Origin: Nannocystis bainbridge
GTDB lineage: Bacteria; Myxococcota_A; Polyangia; Nannocystales; Nannocystaceae
Direction: 5' to 3'
DNA: 64,000 nt
NCBI RefSeq assembly: GCF_028368995.1
Contig: NZ_JAQNDL010000001.1
Coordinates: forward strand, 672,001-736,000
The translations under genes and the position numbers were made by a program. Positions 48,729-57,960 of the stretch are shown here, in pieces. The notes under the pieces were generated by a model, which searched no databases, was not told the origin of the DNA, and saw nothing but the letters and a program-made list of their open reading frames with translations. Position 1 is the first letter of the stretch; each line of letters begins with the position of its first letter.

Positions 48729-48788
48729 GGACATGTCCATCTCGACATGTCCTCTCGAACATGCCGCAGAGGACATGTCCTCTGCGAC
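48729..48788. repeat. GACATGTC-type array, 14-bp period, 4 units
   Basis: CATG at 48732, 48746, 48760, 48774; two perfect GGACATGTCC. Confidence 0.8.
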
Positions 48789-48798
48789 ACCCGCGCGA

Positions 48799-49230
48799 CT
48801 ACGACTGGCGCAGCGACGCCTTGAGCGTGATCGTGCGGACCCCGGCGAGCGCCTTGGACACCGGGCAGGCCTTCTTGGTCGCCTCGGCGATCTCCGCGAA
48901 CTTGCCCTCGTCGAGGCCCGGCACGTCGGCCTCGGTGGTCAGCTCGATGGTGGTGATCGAGAAGCCCTCGCCGTCCTTCTCGAGCTTCACCGCCGCCGAG
49001 GTGTGGATCGACCGCGGCGGCGTCCCGGCCTTCTCGAGGCCGAGCGACAGCGCCATCGAGAAGCAGCCCGCCAGCGCCGCGCCCACCACCTCTTCGGGGT
49101 TGCTGGCCGGCTGGCCCTCGAACCGCGAGGCGAACGAGAACGGGATCTCGGGCGCGTGCTCGGGCTTCATCGTGCCCTTGCCGGTCTTGATCGAACCTTC
49201 CCACTGAGCGCTGGCTTTGCTGATTCCCAT
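48799..49230 (-). CDS. osmC: OsmC family peroxiredoxin
   Basis: ASAQWEGSIKTGKG, SRFEG..SNPEE..GAALAGCFSMAL, KKACPVSKAL. Confidence 0.92.
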   Translation of the reverse strand: MGISKASAQWEGSIKTGKGTMKPEHAPEIPFSFASRFEGQPASNPEEVVGAALAGCFSMALSLGLEKAGTPPRSIHTSAAVKLEKDGEGFSITTIELTTEADVPGLDEGKFAEIAEATKKACPVSKALAGVRTITLKASLRQS

Positions 49231-49657
49231 CGATGATTCTCCGGCGCGCAACGTAGCACGTCCCCCGCGCGCGGCGGCGGGCCCCGCGACCGCCGGGCCC
49301 CGCCGCAGCGGGCTCGGCCGGCAGGCTCGGCCGGCAGGCTCGGCCGGCGAACCACGGGCGAGCAGCGTTTGTCGTCCTCGCTGCCCGCGGGCGATCACCC
49401 CGCGACCGCCGCGAGCCCGACCCACTCACGCCCCGCGCAGAAGCCGTGCCCACCCGCTGCGCGAGCGCCCGACCCCGGCACCCGCCATCGAAGCGCCGGC
49501 CGCTCGATCCCGACGCGCCCTCGCGGCGCTGGCACATTCGCGGTCGCCAGCCCCGCCCGATCGCCGCGATGCGTCGCTCACCCGCCCGCGAGCCCGTCCC
49601 GATCGATCACAGCCGCGAGCGCGTCATGCGAACGACCACGCGGATCATGGAAGGCCC

Positions 49658-50059
49658 ATGCAGCATTGCATCCTCACCGCGGCCCTCTGCCTCTCGCTCG
49701 CTGCGACCGCGGAGCCGCCCGCCAGCCCGGTCGCGGAGCCCCGGACGCCAGCAGCCGCGCAGGCACCCGCGCTCGCGGCAGAGACCGACCCTGGCCCCCG
49801 GATCGCCGAACTGCCGCGCGCCGCCGGGCCGACGACCGCTCCGGGCCCGACGCTCCCGCTCGCAGCGACCGGCAGGAACCCCGCGTGCAGCGTGACCCGG
49901 TGGGGCCTCAAGGCCCTGACCTACGCCGCCAACATCACCTGCTGCCTCGGCGGCCTGGTCGCCTGCGTGGTCTGCTCGGTCGGGCTCGACCCCGTCAAGG
50001 ACGGCATCAAGGCGATCGACTGCAGCAAGGAGTGCCGGCCCGACTGTCCGCTCGCCTAG
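49658..50059 (+). CDS. Secreted small protein with Pro/Ala propeptide and 8-Cys C-terminal domain (bacteriocin-like)
   Basis: Signal peptide MQHCILTAALCLSLAATA; core CSVTRWGLKALTYAANITCCLGGLVACVVCSVG...CSKECRPDC. Confidence 0.7.
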   Translation: MQHCILTAALCLSLAATAEPPASPVAEPRTPAAAQAPALAAETDPGPRIAELPRAAGPTTAPGPTLPLAATGRNPACSVTRWGLKALTYAANITCCLGGLVACVVCSVGLDPVKDGIKAIDCSKECRPDCPLA

Positions 50060-50063
50060 TCGT

Positions 50064-50128
50064 CGCCTGTCCTCTCGCGCATGCCCCGACGGGCATGCCC
50101 CATGCGACATGCCCCTTCAGACATGTCC
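50064..50128. repeat. GACATGTC-type array, 14-bp period, 5 units
   Basis: CCTG/CATG cores at 50066, 50080, 50094, 50108, 50122. Confidence 0.8.
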
Positions 50129-50130
50129 CA

Positions 50131-51345
50131 TCAGCCCTTCGTCCGCCGCACCAGCGCCTCCGCGGCCGCCAGGCGCTGCTCCGCGTGGTCGATGTCCCCC
50201 GCGATCGCCCCGCCGCAGCCCGGGCACGTCGTCGCTTCGCGCGTCAGCAGCGCCCGGCACTCCGGCTCCGAGCAGCACGGGCGTCGCCGTCGGCCGAGCA
50301 GACGCACCACCAGGATCATCACCACGATCACTGCCACGATCCACCCCGGGTGGATCAGCGCCACGCCGATGCACGCCAGCAGCCCGACGAGCCCCATGGG
50401 CACCGCCAGCGCCGCGAGATCGGTCCGGCTGCGCCGCCACACCCGGAACACCGGGCGCCCCGCGTTCGACGGCTTGTCCGGCAGGGCCGGCGGCTCCTCC
50501 TGCTCGAGCTCGTCGTGCGTGTCGCCCAGCGCCCGCGTCAGCGTCGCCACGCTGTCGGGCGGCGGCCAGCGCTCGCGCGGCGGCAGCCCCAGCTCGCTCG
50601 CCAGCGCCGGCCGCTCGCGCTCCAGCCAGCGCAGGGCCGCGCGGAAGTAGCTGGCCTGATTGGTCTCGAGGCAGGCCAGCACCACCTCGCGGCCGGCCTC
50701 GCGCACCTTCACCTGCGCCGCCAGGGCGAAGCACAGCTCCTGCGGCGTCAGGTAGCCGATCCGCTGCACCGACCAGCTCGAGCGGAACGTGCCGTCGAAG
50801 ACCTGCTGCGAGCGGTGGCGCAGCGCCGCGTTGGCGCTCAGCACCCCGAACCCGAGGAACACCGCCGTCAGATCGGTCAGCTCCTCCTCCTCGTCGCGGT
50901 CGTCGACGCACAGCGCGTGGTGCGAGCGGAACGCGTGCGCCACCTCGTGGGCCAGCGTCGCCGTGATCCCGCCGGCGTCGTCGAGCAGCGTCAGGTCGGC
51001 GCCGAAGTGCGCCACCTCGCCCTCGATGCCCATGAACAGCCCCGCCGCGCCCTCGTGGTGCTGCGACGCCCCGATCAGTGTGGGCTCCTCGGGCGTCGGC
51101 GGTCGCCCCTCGTACAGCTCGACCTCCGCCCCCAGCTCGAGGTCCGCGTAGCGAAACAGCCGCCGGATCAGCCGCACCACCCCCGCCGCGGTGCGCGTGA
51201 AGCGGTCGGGGAAGAACTCCGGCCGCGGCAGCACGATCGGCGTGCACACGAAATGTTGCCAGTCGGCCCGCCGCAGCAGATCGGCCAGCTGCGCCAGCAG
51301 CCACGCCCGGCGCTCCTCCGCCGGCAAGGCGTCGAACTCGGACAC
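50131..51345 (-). CDS. HExxH metallopeptidase-like membrane protein with C-terminal zinc ribbon
   Basis: TLAHEVAH..EELTDLTAVFLGFG; two TMs; CSEPEC...CPGCG. Confidence 0.75.
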   Translation of the reverse strand: MSEFDALPAEERRAWLLAQLADLLRRADWQHFVCTPIVLPRPEFFPDRFTRTAAGVVRLIRRLFRYADLELGAEVELYEGRPPTPEEPTLIGASQHHEGAAGLFMGIEGEVAHFGADLTLLDDAGGITATLAHEVAHAFRSHHALCVDDRDEEEELTDLTAVFLGFGVLSANAALRHRSQQVFDGTFRSSWSVQRIGYLTPQELCFALAAQVKVREAGREVVLACLETNQASYFRAALRWLERERPALASELGLPPRERWPPPDSVATLTRALGDTHDELEQEEPPALPDKPSNAGRPVFRVWRRSRTDLAALAVPMGLVGLLACIGVALIHPGWIVAVIVVMILVVRLLGRRRRPCCSEPECRALLTREATTCPGCGGAIAGDIDHAEQRLAAAEALVRRTKG

Positions 51346-51620
51346 GCCCGTCAATGTAGCGAGCGCCGCCGCCCCCTGTCCACCGCCCCGAGTTTCACGC
51401 GGCGTACAAAAACTCGAGCCGCGCGGCGTGAGCCACCCGCCCCCCGTCGTCCGCGGCCCTGCGCGCCCCGTGAGCCCGCGACGCGGCGCCCAGCGCCCCC
51501 CGCTCGCGGCGTCAGCGATCGGCCCCAGGACCGCGGAGCGGCGCGGATGCACCCGCGCGTGCGGCCCAGCGCACGTCCCCTGCGGCCCCCGCGGCGCGTC
51601 ACCTCGCCTATCATCCTCGC

Positions 51621-52838
51621 GTGTCCACGCCGGGCTTGCTCGCCAACCGGGGTTTCCGGCGCCTGTGGCTGGCCCAGGCCGTGTCGCTGTTCGGCGACTG
51701 GTTCACCTACGTCGCCGTCGGCACCCTCGCCCTGTCCGAAAGCACAGGTCTCGCCGGCGTCGCCGCCGTGCTGGTCGCCCACACCTTGCCGCGGGCCGTG
51801 CTCGCCCCGTTCGCCGGTCGCCTCGCCGATCGGCGTGATCGCGGCGTCATCCTCGTCGTCGGCAGCCTGCTGCGGGCCCTCGTCGTCCTCCTCATGATCG
51901 CCGTCGTCGGCAGCGGCGACGCCGGCACCGTCGCCCTCGCCGGCCTCGTGTTCCTGCGCATGGCCCTGTCGGCCTTCACCGATCCGGCCGCCAGCGCCGC
52001 GCTGCCGCAGCTCGTCCCGGCCCACCAGCTCGGGTCCGCCAACGCCCTGCTCGGCGCCACCTGGAGCACCCTCTTCTCGCTCGGCGTCGCCGCGGGCGGC
52101 TTCGTCACCGCCTTTGTCGGCCCGCGCGGCGCCCTCGCGATCGACGCCGCCACCTTCTTGCTCGCCGCCCTGCTGTTCGCCACCCTCCCGCGCCTGCGCC
52201 CCGGCGAGCCGATCGCCAGCGAGGCCTCCGCCTCCGCGATCGACTCGCCCGACTTCCTCGCCGCCTGGCGCCGCACCTGGCGCGACCCGGCCCTGCTGCA
52301 AGCCGCCCTCGCCAAGATGCCCGTCGCCCTCGCCAACGGCGGCGGATGGTTCCTGCTGCACGCCTATGCCGGCCTGCAGGGCGTCGGGGCCGTCGCCGTC
52401 ACTCTCGGCGTCATGCACGGCGTGCGCGGCCTCGGCACCGGCCTCGGCCCGCTGCTGTGGGCCCGCGTCGAGCGGCTGCGCGGCACCGTGCCCGGCATCC
52501 ACCTCGGCACCGCCGTCACCCTCGCTGGCGTGGCCCTGTTCGCCGCCTTCGACCTGCCCGCCGTGCTCGTCGTCGCCTCGATCCTGTGGGGCCTCGGCAT
52601 GGGCGCCACGTGGGTCACCTCGACCACTCGCCTGCAGCTGCTCACGCCCAACGCCCTGCTCGGCCGCCTCGCCGCCATCGACCTCATGGCCCACACCTGC
52701 GCCCAGTGCCTCGGCGGCCTGCTCGGGGCGCTCGTCGCCGACGCCCTGCTGTTCCCCGCCGCCGCCGGCTGGCTCGGCGCCGCCGGCGGCCTGCTCGCCT
52801 GGGGCCTGCTCGTCCTGCTGGTCCGCTCGCGCGCGTGA
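51621..52838 (+). CDS. MFS transporter (DHA3/macrolide-efflux-like)
   Basis: FRRLWLAQAVSLFGDW, GRLADRRDR, about 12 hydrophobic segments. Confidence 0.9.
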   Translation: MSTPGLLANRGFRRLWLAQAVSLFGDWFTYVAVGTLALSESTGLAGVAAVLVAHTLPRAVLAPFAGRLADRRDRGVILVVGSLLRALVVLLMIAVVGSGDAGTVALAGLVFLRMALSAFTDPAASAALPQLVPAHQLGSANALLGATWSTLFSLGVAAGGFVTAFVGPRGALAIDAATFLLAALLFATLPRLRPGEPIASEASASAIDSPDFLAAWRRTWRDPALLQAALAKMPVALANGGGWFLLHAYAGLQGVGAVAVTLGVMHGVRGLGTGLGPLLWARVERLRGTVPGIHLGTAVTLAGVALFAAFDLPAVLVVASILWGLGMGATWVTSTTRLQLLTPNALLGRLAAIDLMAHTCAQCLGGLLGALVADALLFPAAAGWLGAAGGLLAWGLLVLLVRSRA

Positions 52839-52850
52839 GCGACCTGTCAC

Positions 52851-53045
52851 GGCATGTCCCACGGGACATGTCGCCTCAGGCTCGCGTCACACCATGACCA
52901 GGACGAACAGGCGCCTGTCCCATGAGACAGCCTCGGTTCACGTGCTCAGGATGGACAACAGCCTGTCCCATGAGACAGATTTTGCATGTCCTAGCGACGA
53001 ACACGCGCCTGTCCCATGAGACAGATTCCGTTCACGTGCTCACGG
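52851..53045. repeat. Intergenic repeat block: GACATGTC pair plus three copies of GCCTGTCCCATGAGACAG
   Basis: CATG at 52853 and 52867; 18-mers at 52913, 52961, 53007 (spacing 48, 46). Confidence 0.8.
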
Positions 53046-53860
53046 AAGACCCCGCGCCTCGGCGATCGCGGCCCGCTCCCACGCGGCCGAGCGCGACCTC
53101 CCCTCCGCCTCGAAGAACGCCTCGATCTCCCGGACCGGGCCGTTGCGCGCCCCCGAGCGCGCGTCCTCGTAGGGCAGCGGATGCGCCCACAGGCCCGGCT
53201 CCGGCCCGAACGCATCCATCACAAGGACGCCCTCCGCGATCCGTGCCCCCCCCGACACACGCTCCGCGATCGGGACACGCTCGCCGCTGACGATGTCGAC
53301 CAGCGCGAAATCTCGCAACTCGAGCACCGGCCAACCGGGCCCGCTGCTCGGGGGCGCCATCACCTCGCGCGTGGAATTACCTCGAAAAACTTCGTCTCGT
53401 TGAGACGAAACGACGCCATCCCCACGCCCGTCAGCAGCCGCTCCCTCTCGCCGCTGGCGAGATCGACCCGCCAAAAGCTGCCTATGCCGGCTTGGTCCTG
53501 GCCGGGCAACCAGTACACCACCCGATCGCCATCGAGTTCGCGCAGGGAGAGCCCATCATTGCGCGACGTGTGCCGGTAGAAATCACGGACCTCGCCGGTC
53601 CGCGGATCCCAGAATGCCTCCACCTCGCCGGCGTCGCTCGCTCGCAAGATCCGGAACTGATCTTCAAACCAACCGCGTTGCTCGAGGTGCTCCGGCACCG
53701 CGATCGCAGCGCCCGTATCGAGCCGTGCGGCGGCCACGTAACGGTTGTCGGGGCCGACCATGGCCGCCCGTCGCGGCCCGTATGGGCTACGGACGGCGAG
53801 TTCAGTGAGCCTTCCATGTCCCAGGTCGCGCTCGTTTTCGTCCTGTCGTCGCGGACCATA
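53040..53860 (-). pseudogene. Probable frameshifted remnant of a beta-propeller-like protein
   Basis: Protein-like text (VVYW..GSFWRVDLASGERERL) ends at 53360 and continues in another frame (FALVDIVSGERVPIAE..GLWAHPLP); weaker codon bias. Confidence 0.45.
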
Positions 53861-53866
53861 AATTCA

Positions 53867-54784
53867 TCAATCCGCCGCGGGCCCGGCGAACTCCACCATC
53901 CCCACGCTGCCGACCCGCAGCCCCGCGCTCGCCCCCTCGTGCAGCCGCGCCTCCGCGAACAGCAGCCGCGTCCCCGCATCGATCTCGGGCGCGATCGCCA
54001 TCACTTCGCCCTCCACCGTCCGCCCCTCCTCGACGAACGCCACCTTCACCGCCGCGCCCAATCGCAGCCCCGCGCTGCGCGCCTCGGGCACCGCGAATCG
54101 CACCCGCCGCGCGTCCGAGATCAGCTGCACCACCGCCCGGCCCGGCTCGACCGTCGCGCCTGCGTCCACGTGGCGTCGCGCGACCTCCCCGGCGAACGGC
54201 GCCCGCAGCTGCGCCTCGACGATCCTCGCCGACGCGTCCTCCACCGTGCTGCGCTGCCGCTGCAGCGACGCGCTGGCGCTGCGCTTGCGGGCCGCCGCCA
54301 GCTTCTCGGCGTAGCGGTGCTCGCGGACCTCCGCCCCCGAGACCACCCCCTCCAGCTGCTCGGTGTCCGCGCGCAGCTCCCTCGCCCGCTGCAGCTCGAG
54401 CTCCAGTCGCTCGAGCTCGGCCTTGCTCGCAGCCCACGCCGCCGTCGCCCCTGCCAGCTCGTGGCGCTCCTCGCGGACATCGAGCGCCGCGATCACCTCG
54501 CCCGCGTTCACGTGGTCGCCGACCTGCACCTCGATGCGATCGATCCGCGAGAATTCCGGCGCCGTCAGCACCACCTCCGCCTCGGGCACCAGCACCCCGA
54601 TCATCGGCTCCGAAGCAATGACGGCAGCCGCGACCGCCGCCTCGTCCGCGCGCACCGCAGCGGGCTGTGGTGATTCGCCGGGGCCGTCCTCGTGGGAATC
54701 ACAAGCCACCGCGAAGCACCACAATCCCCACGCCGCGATCGCTGCGTGACGACGTCCTGCTGCCCTCATTACCGCGCGCCTCAT
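53867..54784 (-). CDS. Efflux periplasmic adaptor subunit (HlyD/RND MFP), possible lipoprotein
   Basis: VQVGDHVNAGEVIAALD, coiled coil, LRAPFAGEV..RHVDAGATV; FAVAC. Confidence 0.88.
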   Translation of the reverse strand: MRRAVMRAAGRRHAAIAAWGLWCFAVACDSHEDGPGESPQPAAVRADEAAVAAAVIASEPMIGVLVPEAEVVLTAPEFSRIDRIEVQVGDHVNAGEVIAALDVREERHELAGATAAWAASKAELERLELELQRARELRADTEQLEGVVSGAEVREHRYAEKLAAARKRSASASLQRQRSTVEDASARIVEAQLRAPFAGEVARRHVDAGATVEPGRAVVQLISDARRVRFAVPEARSAGLRLGAAVKVAFVEEGRTVEGEVMAIAPEIDAGTRLLFAEARLHEGASAGLRVGSVGMVEFAGPAAD

Positions 54785-56988
54785 GACTCCTCCCTCTCAT
54801 AAAGCCGGCGGTACGCGCCGCCGTGGCTCATCAACTGGCGGTGCGTCCCCGACTCGACGATCCGTCCGCCGTCCATCACAAGGATCAGGTCCGCGTCGAC
54901 CACCGTCGACAGCCGATGCGCGATCACCACGCGGGTGCAGCGCAGCGACGCCAGCGAGCGCTGAATCGCCGCCTCGGTCACCGTATCGAGGTTGCTGGTC
55001 GCCTCGTCGAGCAGCAGCATCGCCGGCGCGCCGACCAGCGCGCGCGCCAGCACCAGTCGCTGGCGCTGGCCGCCCGACAGCGACGCCCCGCGGTCGGCCA
55101 GGATCGTGTCGTAGCCCATCGGCAGGGCCGCGATCTCGTCGTGGATCGCCGCCCGCCTGGCCGCGTCGATCACCTCGTCGAGGCTGATCTCGGGCCGCCC
55201 GAGCGCGATGTTCTCGCGCACCGACACCCCGAACAGGTCGCCGCGCTGCGTCACCACCCCGAGCTGCTCGCGGACGCTGCGCAGATCGAGCCCGGCGATG
55301 TCGAGGCCGTCGTAGAGCACCCGCCCGCCCTGCGGCGCATAAAGGCCGACCAGCAGCTTGGCCAGGGTCGACTTGCCTGCTCCCGACGCGCCGACCACCG
55401 CCACGAACTGGCCCGGCTCGACCCGCACCGACACCTCGCGGACCGCCGGCGGCACCGACTCCGAGTAGCGGAACGTCACCGCCTCGGCCTGGATCCGCCC
55501 CGACAGCCGCGGCGCCCGCTGGACCCGCGACGCGTCCTGCTCGGGCTCGGTCTGCATCACGTCTTCGATGCGCTCGAGGTAGCTGCCCAGCACCTGGAAC
55601 TTGACCGCGACGCCGACCAGCGTGGTCATCGGCCGCAAGAACCCCGAGCCCAGCGCCGACAGCCCGAGCATCGCCCCGAGCCCGAGCTCTCCGTCCAGCA
55701 CCAGCTTGGTGCCCACGCCCAGGATCACCAGCGGCGCCGCCATCGCGAACGCGTCGAGCAGCGAGCCGATGGTCGCGTCGAGGCGACCGCGCCGCAGCGA
55801 CACGTTGAGCGAGTCGACGAACAGGTTGGACCAGCGATCGACCGCCCGGTACTCGGCGCCCATGCTCTTGAGCGTCTCGATGCCGGTGAGCATCTCGACC
55901 TCGTAGCTCGAGGTCCGCGCCTGCACCGCCAGGCCCTCGGTCATCAGGTCGCGCTGGACCCGGCGCGTCGCAGCGTACAGCGCCAGCTGCAGCGACGCGA
56001 GCACCAGCACCACCGCGCCCATCAGCGGGCTGACCCAGAAGATCAGCACCAGGTACACGCTGACCAGCGTGCCGTCGAGCAGGGCCGACATGGCCCCCGA
56101 CGTGAGGATCTCGCGGACGGTGGCGTTGCTGCCGAGCCGCATCAACAGGTCGCCGGCCGACCGCTTGTGAAAGAACGAGTACGGCAGGTCGATCAGGTGA
56201 TCGAGGAAGCCGATCGTCATGTCAGCGTCGAGCAGCGTGCGCAGCTGCACCAGCAGGTTGGCGCGCACCAGCGAGCTGACGAAGGTGAAGAGCACCATCA
56301 TCGCCAGCCCGGCGACCAGCACCCCGAGCAGGTCTGTGTCGTGGCGCGGGAGGATGCGGTCGACCAGCAGCGTGGTCATCAGCGGCAGCGCCAGCGCCAG
56401 CAGCTGCACCAGCACCGACATCAGCAGCGCGCGGCTCCACAGCGCGGGGTAGGCCAGGATCCGGCCGAAGTAACGGCGCACCAGCGGCTGCTGGCGACCG
56501 CCGGCCGCGAACGCCTCGCCGGGCTCGAGCAGCAGCGCCACCCCGGTGAACGCCTGCTCGAACTCGGCCCGCGACACCCGACGCCGCCCGTGCGCCGGAT
56601 CGAGGATCACCGGACCGCGGCGATCGACCCGTTCGAACACCACGAAGTGGTTGAACTCCCAGTGGAGGATCGCGCCGGCCTGCAGCATCTCGAGCTCGTC
56701 GAGGTCGTCGATGCGCACGCCGCGGCCGCGCAGCCCGTAGCCGCGAGCGGCCCGCAGGATGCCGAGCGCGCTGACGCCGTTGTGGTCGACCCCCATCGCG
56801 TCGCGCAGCTCGTCGAGCGGGTGGGCCCGGCCGTGATAACGCAGCACCATGCTCAGGCAGGCCGCGCCGCAGTCGGTCGCGGTCATCTGCTGCACGTGCT
56901 CGAGCCGACGCGGCTGCCCGATCGCCCCCAGACGCTGCAGGGCAGGGAAGCGCCGCGACAGCGCACGATCTCGTTCGGTAGTTGGCAT
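54781..56988 (-). CDS. C39 peptidase-containing ABC transporter (PCAT)
   Basis: QQMTATDCGAAC, LHWEFNHFVV, ILDPA; Walker A GASGAGKS; LSGGQRQ; LLLDEAT. Confidence 0.95.
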   Translation of the reverse strand: MPTTERDRALSRRFPALQRLGAIGQPRRLEHVQQMTATDCGAACLSMVLRYHGRAHPLDELRDAMGVDHNGVSALGILRAARGYGLRGRGVRIDDLDELEMLQAGAILHWEFNHFVVFERVDRRGPVILDPAHGRRRVSRAEFEQAFTGVALLLEPGEAFAAGGRQQPLVRRYFGRILAYPALWSRALLMSVLVQLLALALPLMTTLLVDRILPRHDTDLLGVLVAGLAMMVLFTFVSSLVRANLLVQLRTLLDADMTIGFLDHLIDLPYSFFHKRSAGDLLMRLGSNATVREILTSGAMSALLDGTLVSVYLVLIFWVSPLMGAVVLVLASLQLALYAATRRVQRDLMTEGLAVQARTSSYEVEMLTGIETLKSMGAEYRAVDRWSNLFVDSLNVSLRRGRLDATIGSLLDAFAMAAPLVILGVGTKLVLDGELGLGAMLGLSALGSGFLRPMTTLVGVAVKFQVLGSYLERIEDVMQTEPEQDASRVQRAPRLSGRIQAEAVTFRYSESVPPAVREVSVRVEPGQFVAVVGASGAGKSTLAKLLVGLYAPQGGRVLYDGLDIAGLDLRSVREQLGVVTQRGDLFGVSVRENIALGRPEISLDEVIDAARRAAIHDEIAALPMGYDTILADRGASLSGGQRQRLVLARALVGAPAMLLLDEATSNLDTVTEAAIQRSLASLRCTRVVIAHRLSTVVDADLILVMDGGRIVESGTHRQLMSHGGAYRRLYEREES

Positions 56989-56994
56989 GACGAC

Positions 56995-57960
56995 CTACAG
57001 GCGTTTGAGCGCCGGGATGAGGGCCTCGAGCACGGTCTCGGAGCGCAGGCGGGCCTCGAGCACGCCCTGCATGCCGTCGTAGACCCGGTACTCGGTGTCG
57101 TCGGCGACGAAGGTGTCCGCCGGCAGCTCGGTCTCCACCACCACCACCGGGCCCGCCAGCGCGATCGCACCTTCACGATCGCGCCCGAGGTAGCGCATCG
57201 CCTCGGCGGGGCCGACCACCTCGTCGGCCACCACGCGCAGCGCCACCTCGTGCCGGCTGTCCGGGAACCCCTCGAGCTCGAGGAACAACCGGCTGTCCCC
57301 CGCGCGCAGCAGCGGCCGGTAGTGCCCGGGGAACAGCCCGAACACGACCGTGCGCGCCGTGTCCTGCTCGACCGCCACCACCGCGTCGCCCGGCGCCACC
57401 GGCTGCCCCGGCCGCACGCGCACGTCCGACACCCTGCCCGGCTGCGGCGCGACGATCTGCCGCTCGCGCACCCGCGCCTGCGCCAATTGCAGCTGCGCCT
57501 TCAGGATCGCCAGCCGCTCGCGCCTGGCGTCGTCGGCCGGCGCGCGCAGCAGCTCGACGAGTCGCTGGCGGTACTCCTGCTCCACGCGCGCCAGCTCGGC
57601 CCGCGGCGCGGCGTCGTCGAGCTGGACCAGCACCTGCCCGGTAGCGACGCGCTGACCAGTGCTCACCGCGATGTGCTGCACGGTGCCGGGCACGTCCGAG
57701 GTGACCGCCACGCGGCCCTCGCGGCGCACCACCGCGACGCCCTGCGCGTACTCGCCGATGCTCGCGCTGGTGGCGAACGCGACGCTCGCGACCAGCAGCG
57801 CCAGCGTCACGCCGACGGCCCAGCGCGTCCACGTCGCCACGATGTGCAGCGGGCGGCCCGGTCCCGCGCCGCGGCGGTGCGCCTGCACGGCCGCCTCGCG
57901 GAAGATGGCCCGCCGCGCCCCCGGCGAAGCGCTGCTCGGCTCGTCGAACGACTCGGTCAT
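56995..57960 (-). CDS. HlyD-family secretion adaptor
   Basis: IFREAA, N-terminal TM, GTVQHIAVSTGQRVATGQ, IVAPQPGRV. Confidence 0.88.
   Translation of the reverse strand: MTESFDEPSSASPGARRAIFREAAVQAHRRGAGPGRPLHIVATWTRWAVGVTLALLVASVAFATSASIGEYAQGVAVVRREGRVAVTSDVPGTVQHIAVSTGQRVATGQVLVQLDDAAPRAELARVEQEYRQRLVELLRAPADDARRERLAILKAQLQLAQARVRERQIVAPQPGRVSDVRVRPGQPVAPGDAVVAVEQDTARTVVFGLFPGHYRPLLRAGDSRLFLELEGFPDSRHEVALRVVADEVVGPAEAMRYLGRDREGAIALAGPVVVVETELPADTFVADDTEYRVYDGMQGVLEARLRSETVLEALIPALKRL

Noticed and set aside
48729-48780. GGACATGTCC equals the eukaryotic p53 half-site consensus
   Set aside because: Treated as coincidence; bacterial context and 4-bp gaps between decamers
52913-53045. Mini CRISPR array
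   Set aside because: Repeat only 18 bp, 3 copies, spacers resemble each other, no cas genes or leader; fits the GACATGTC repeat family instead
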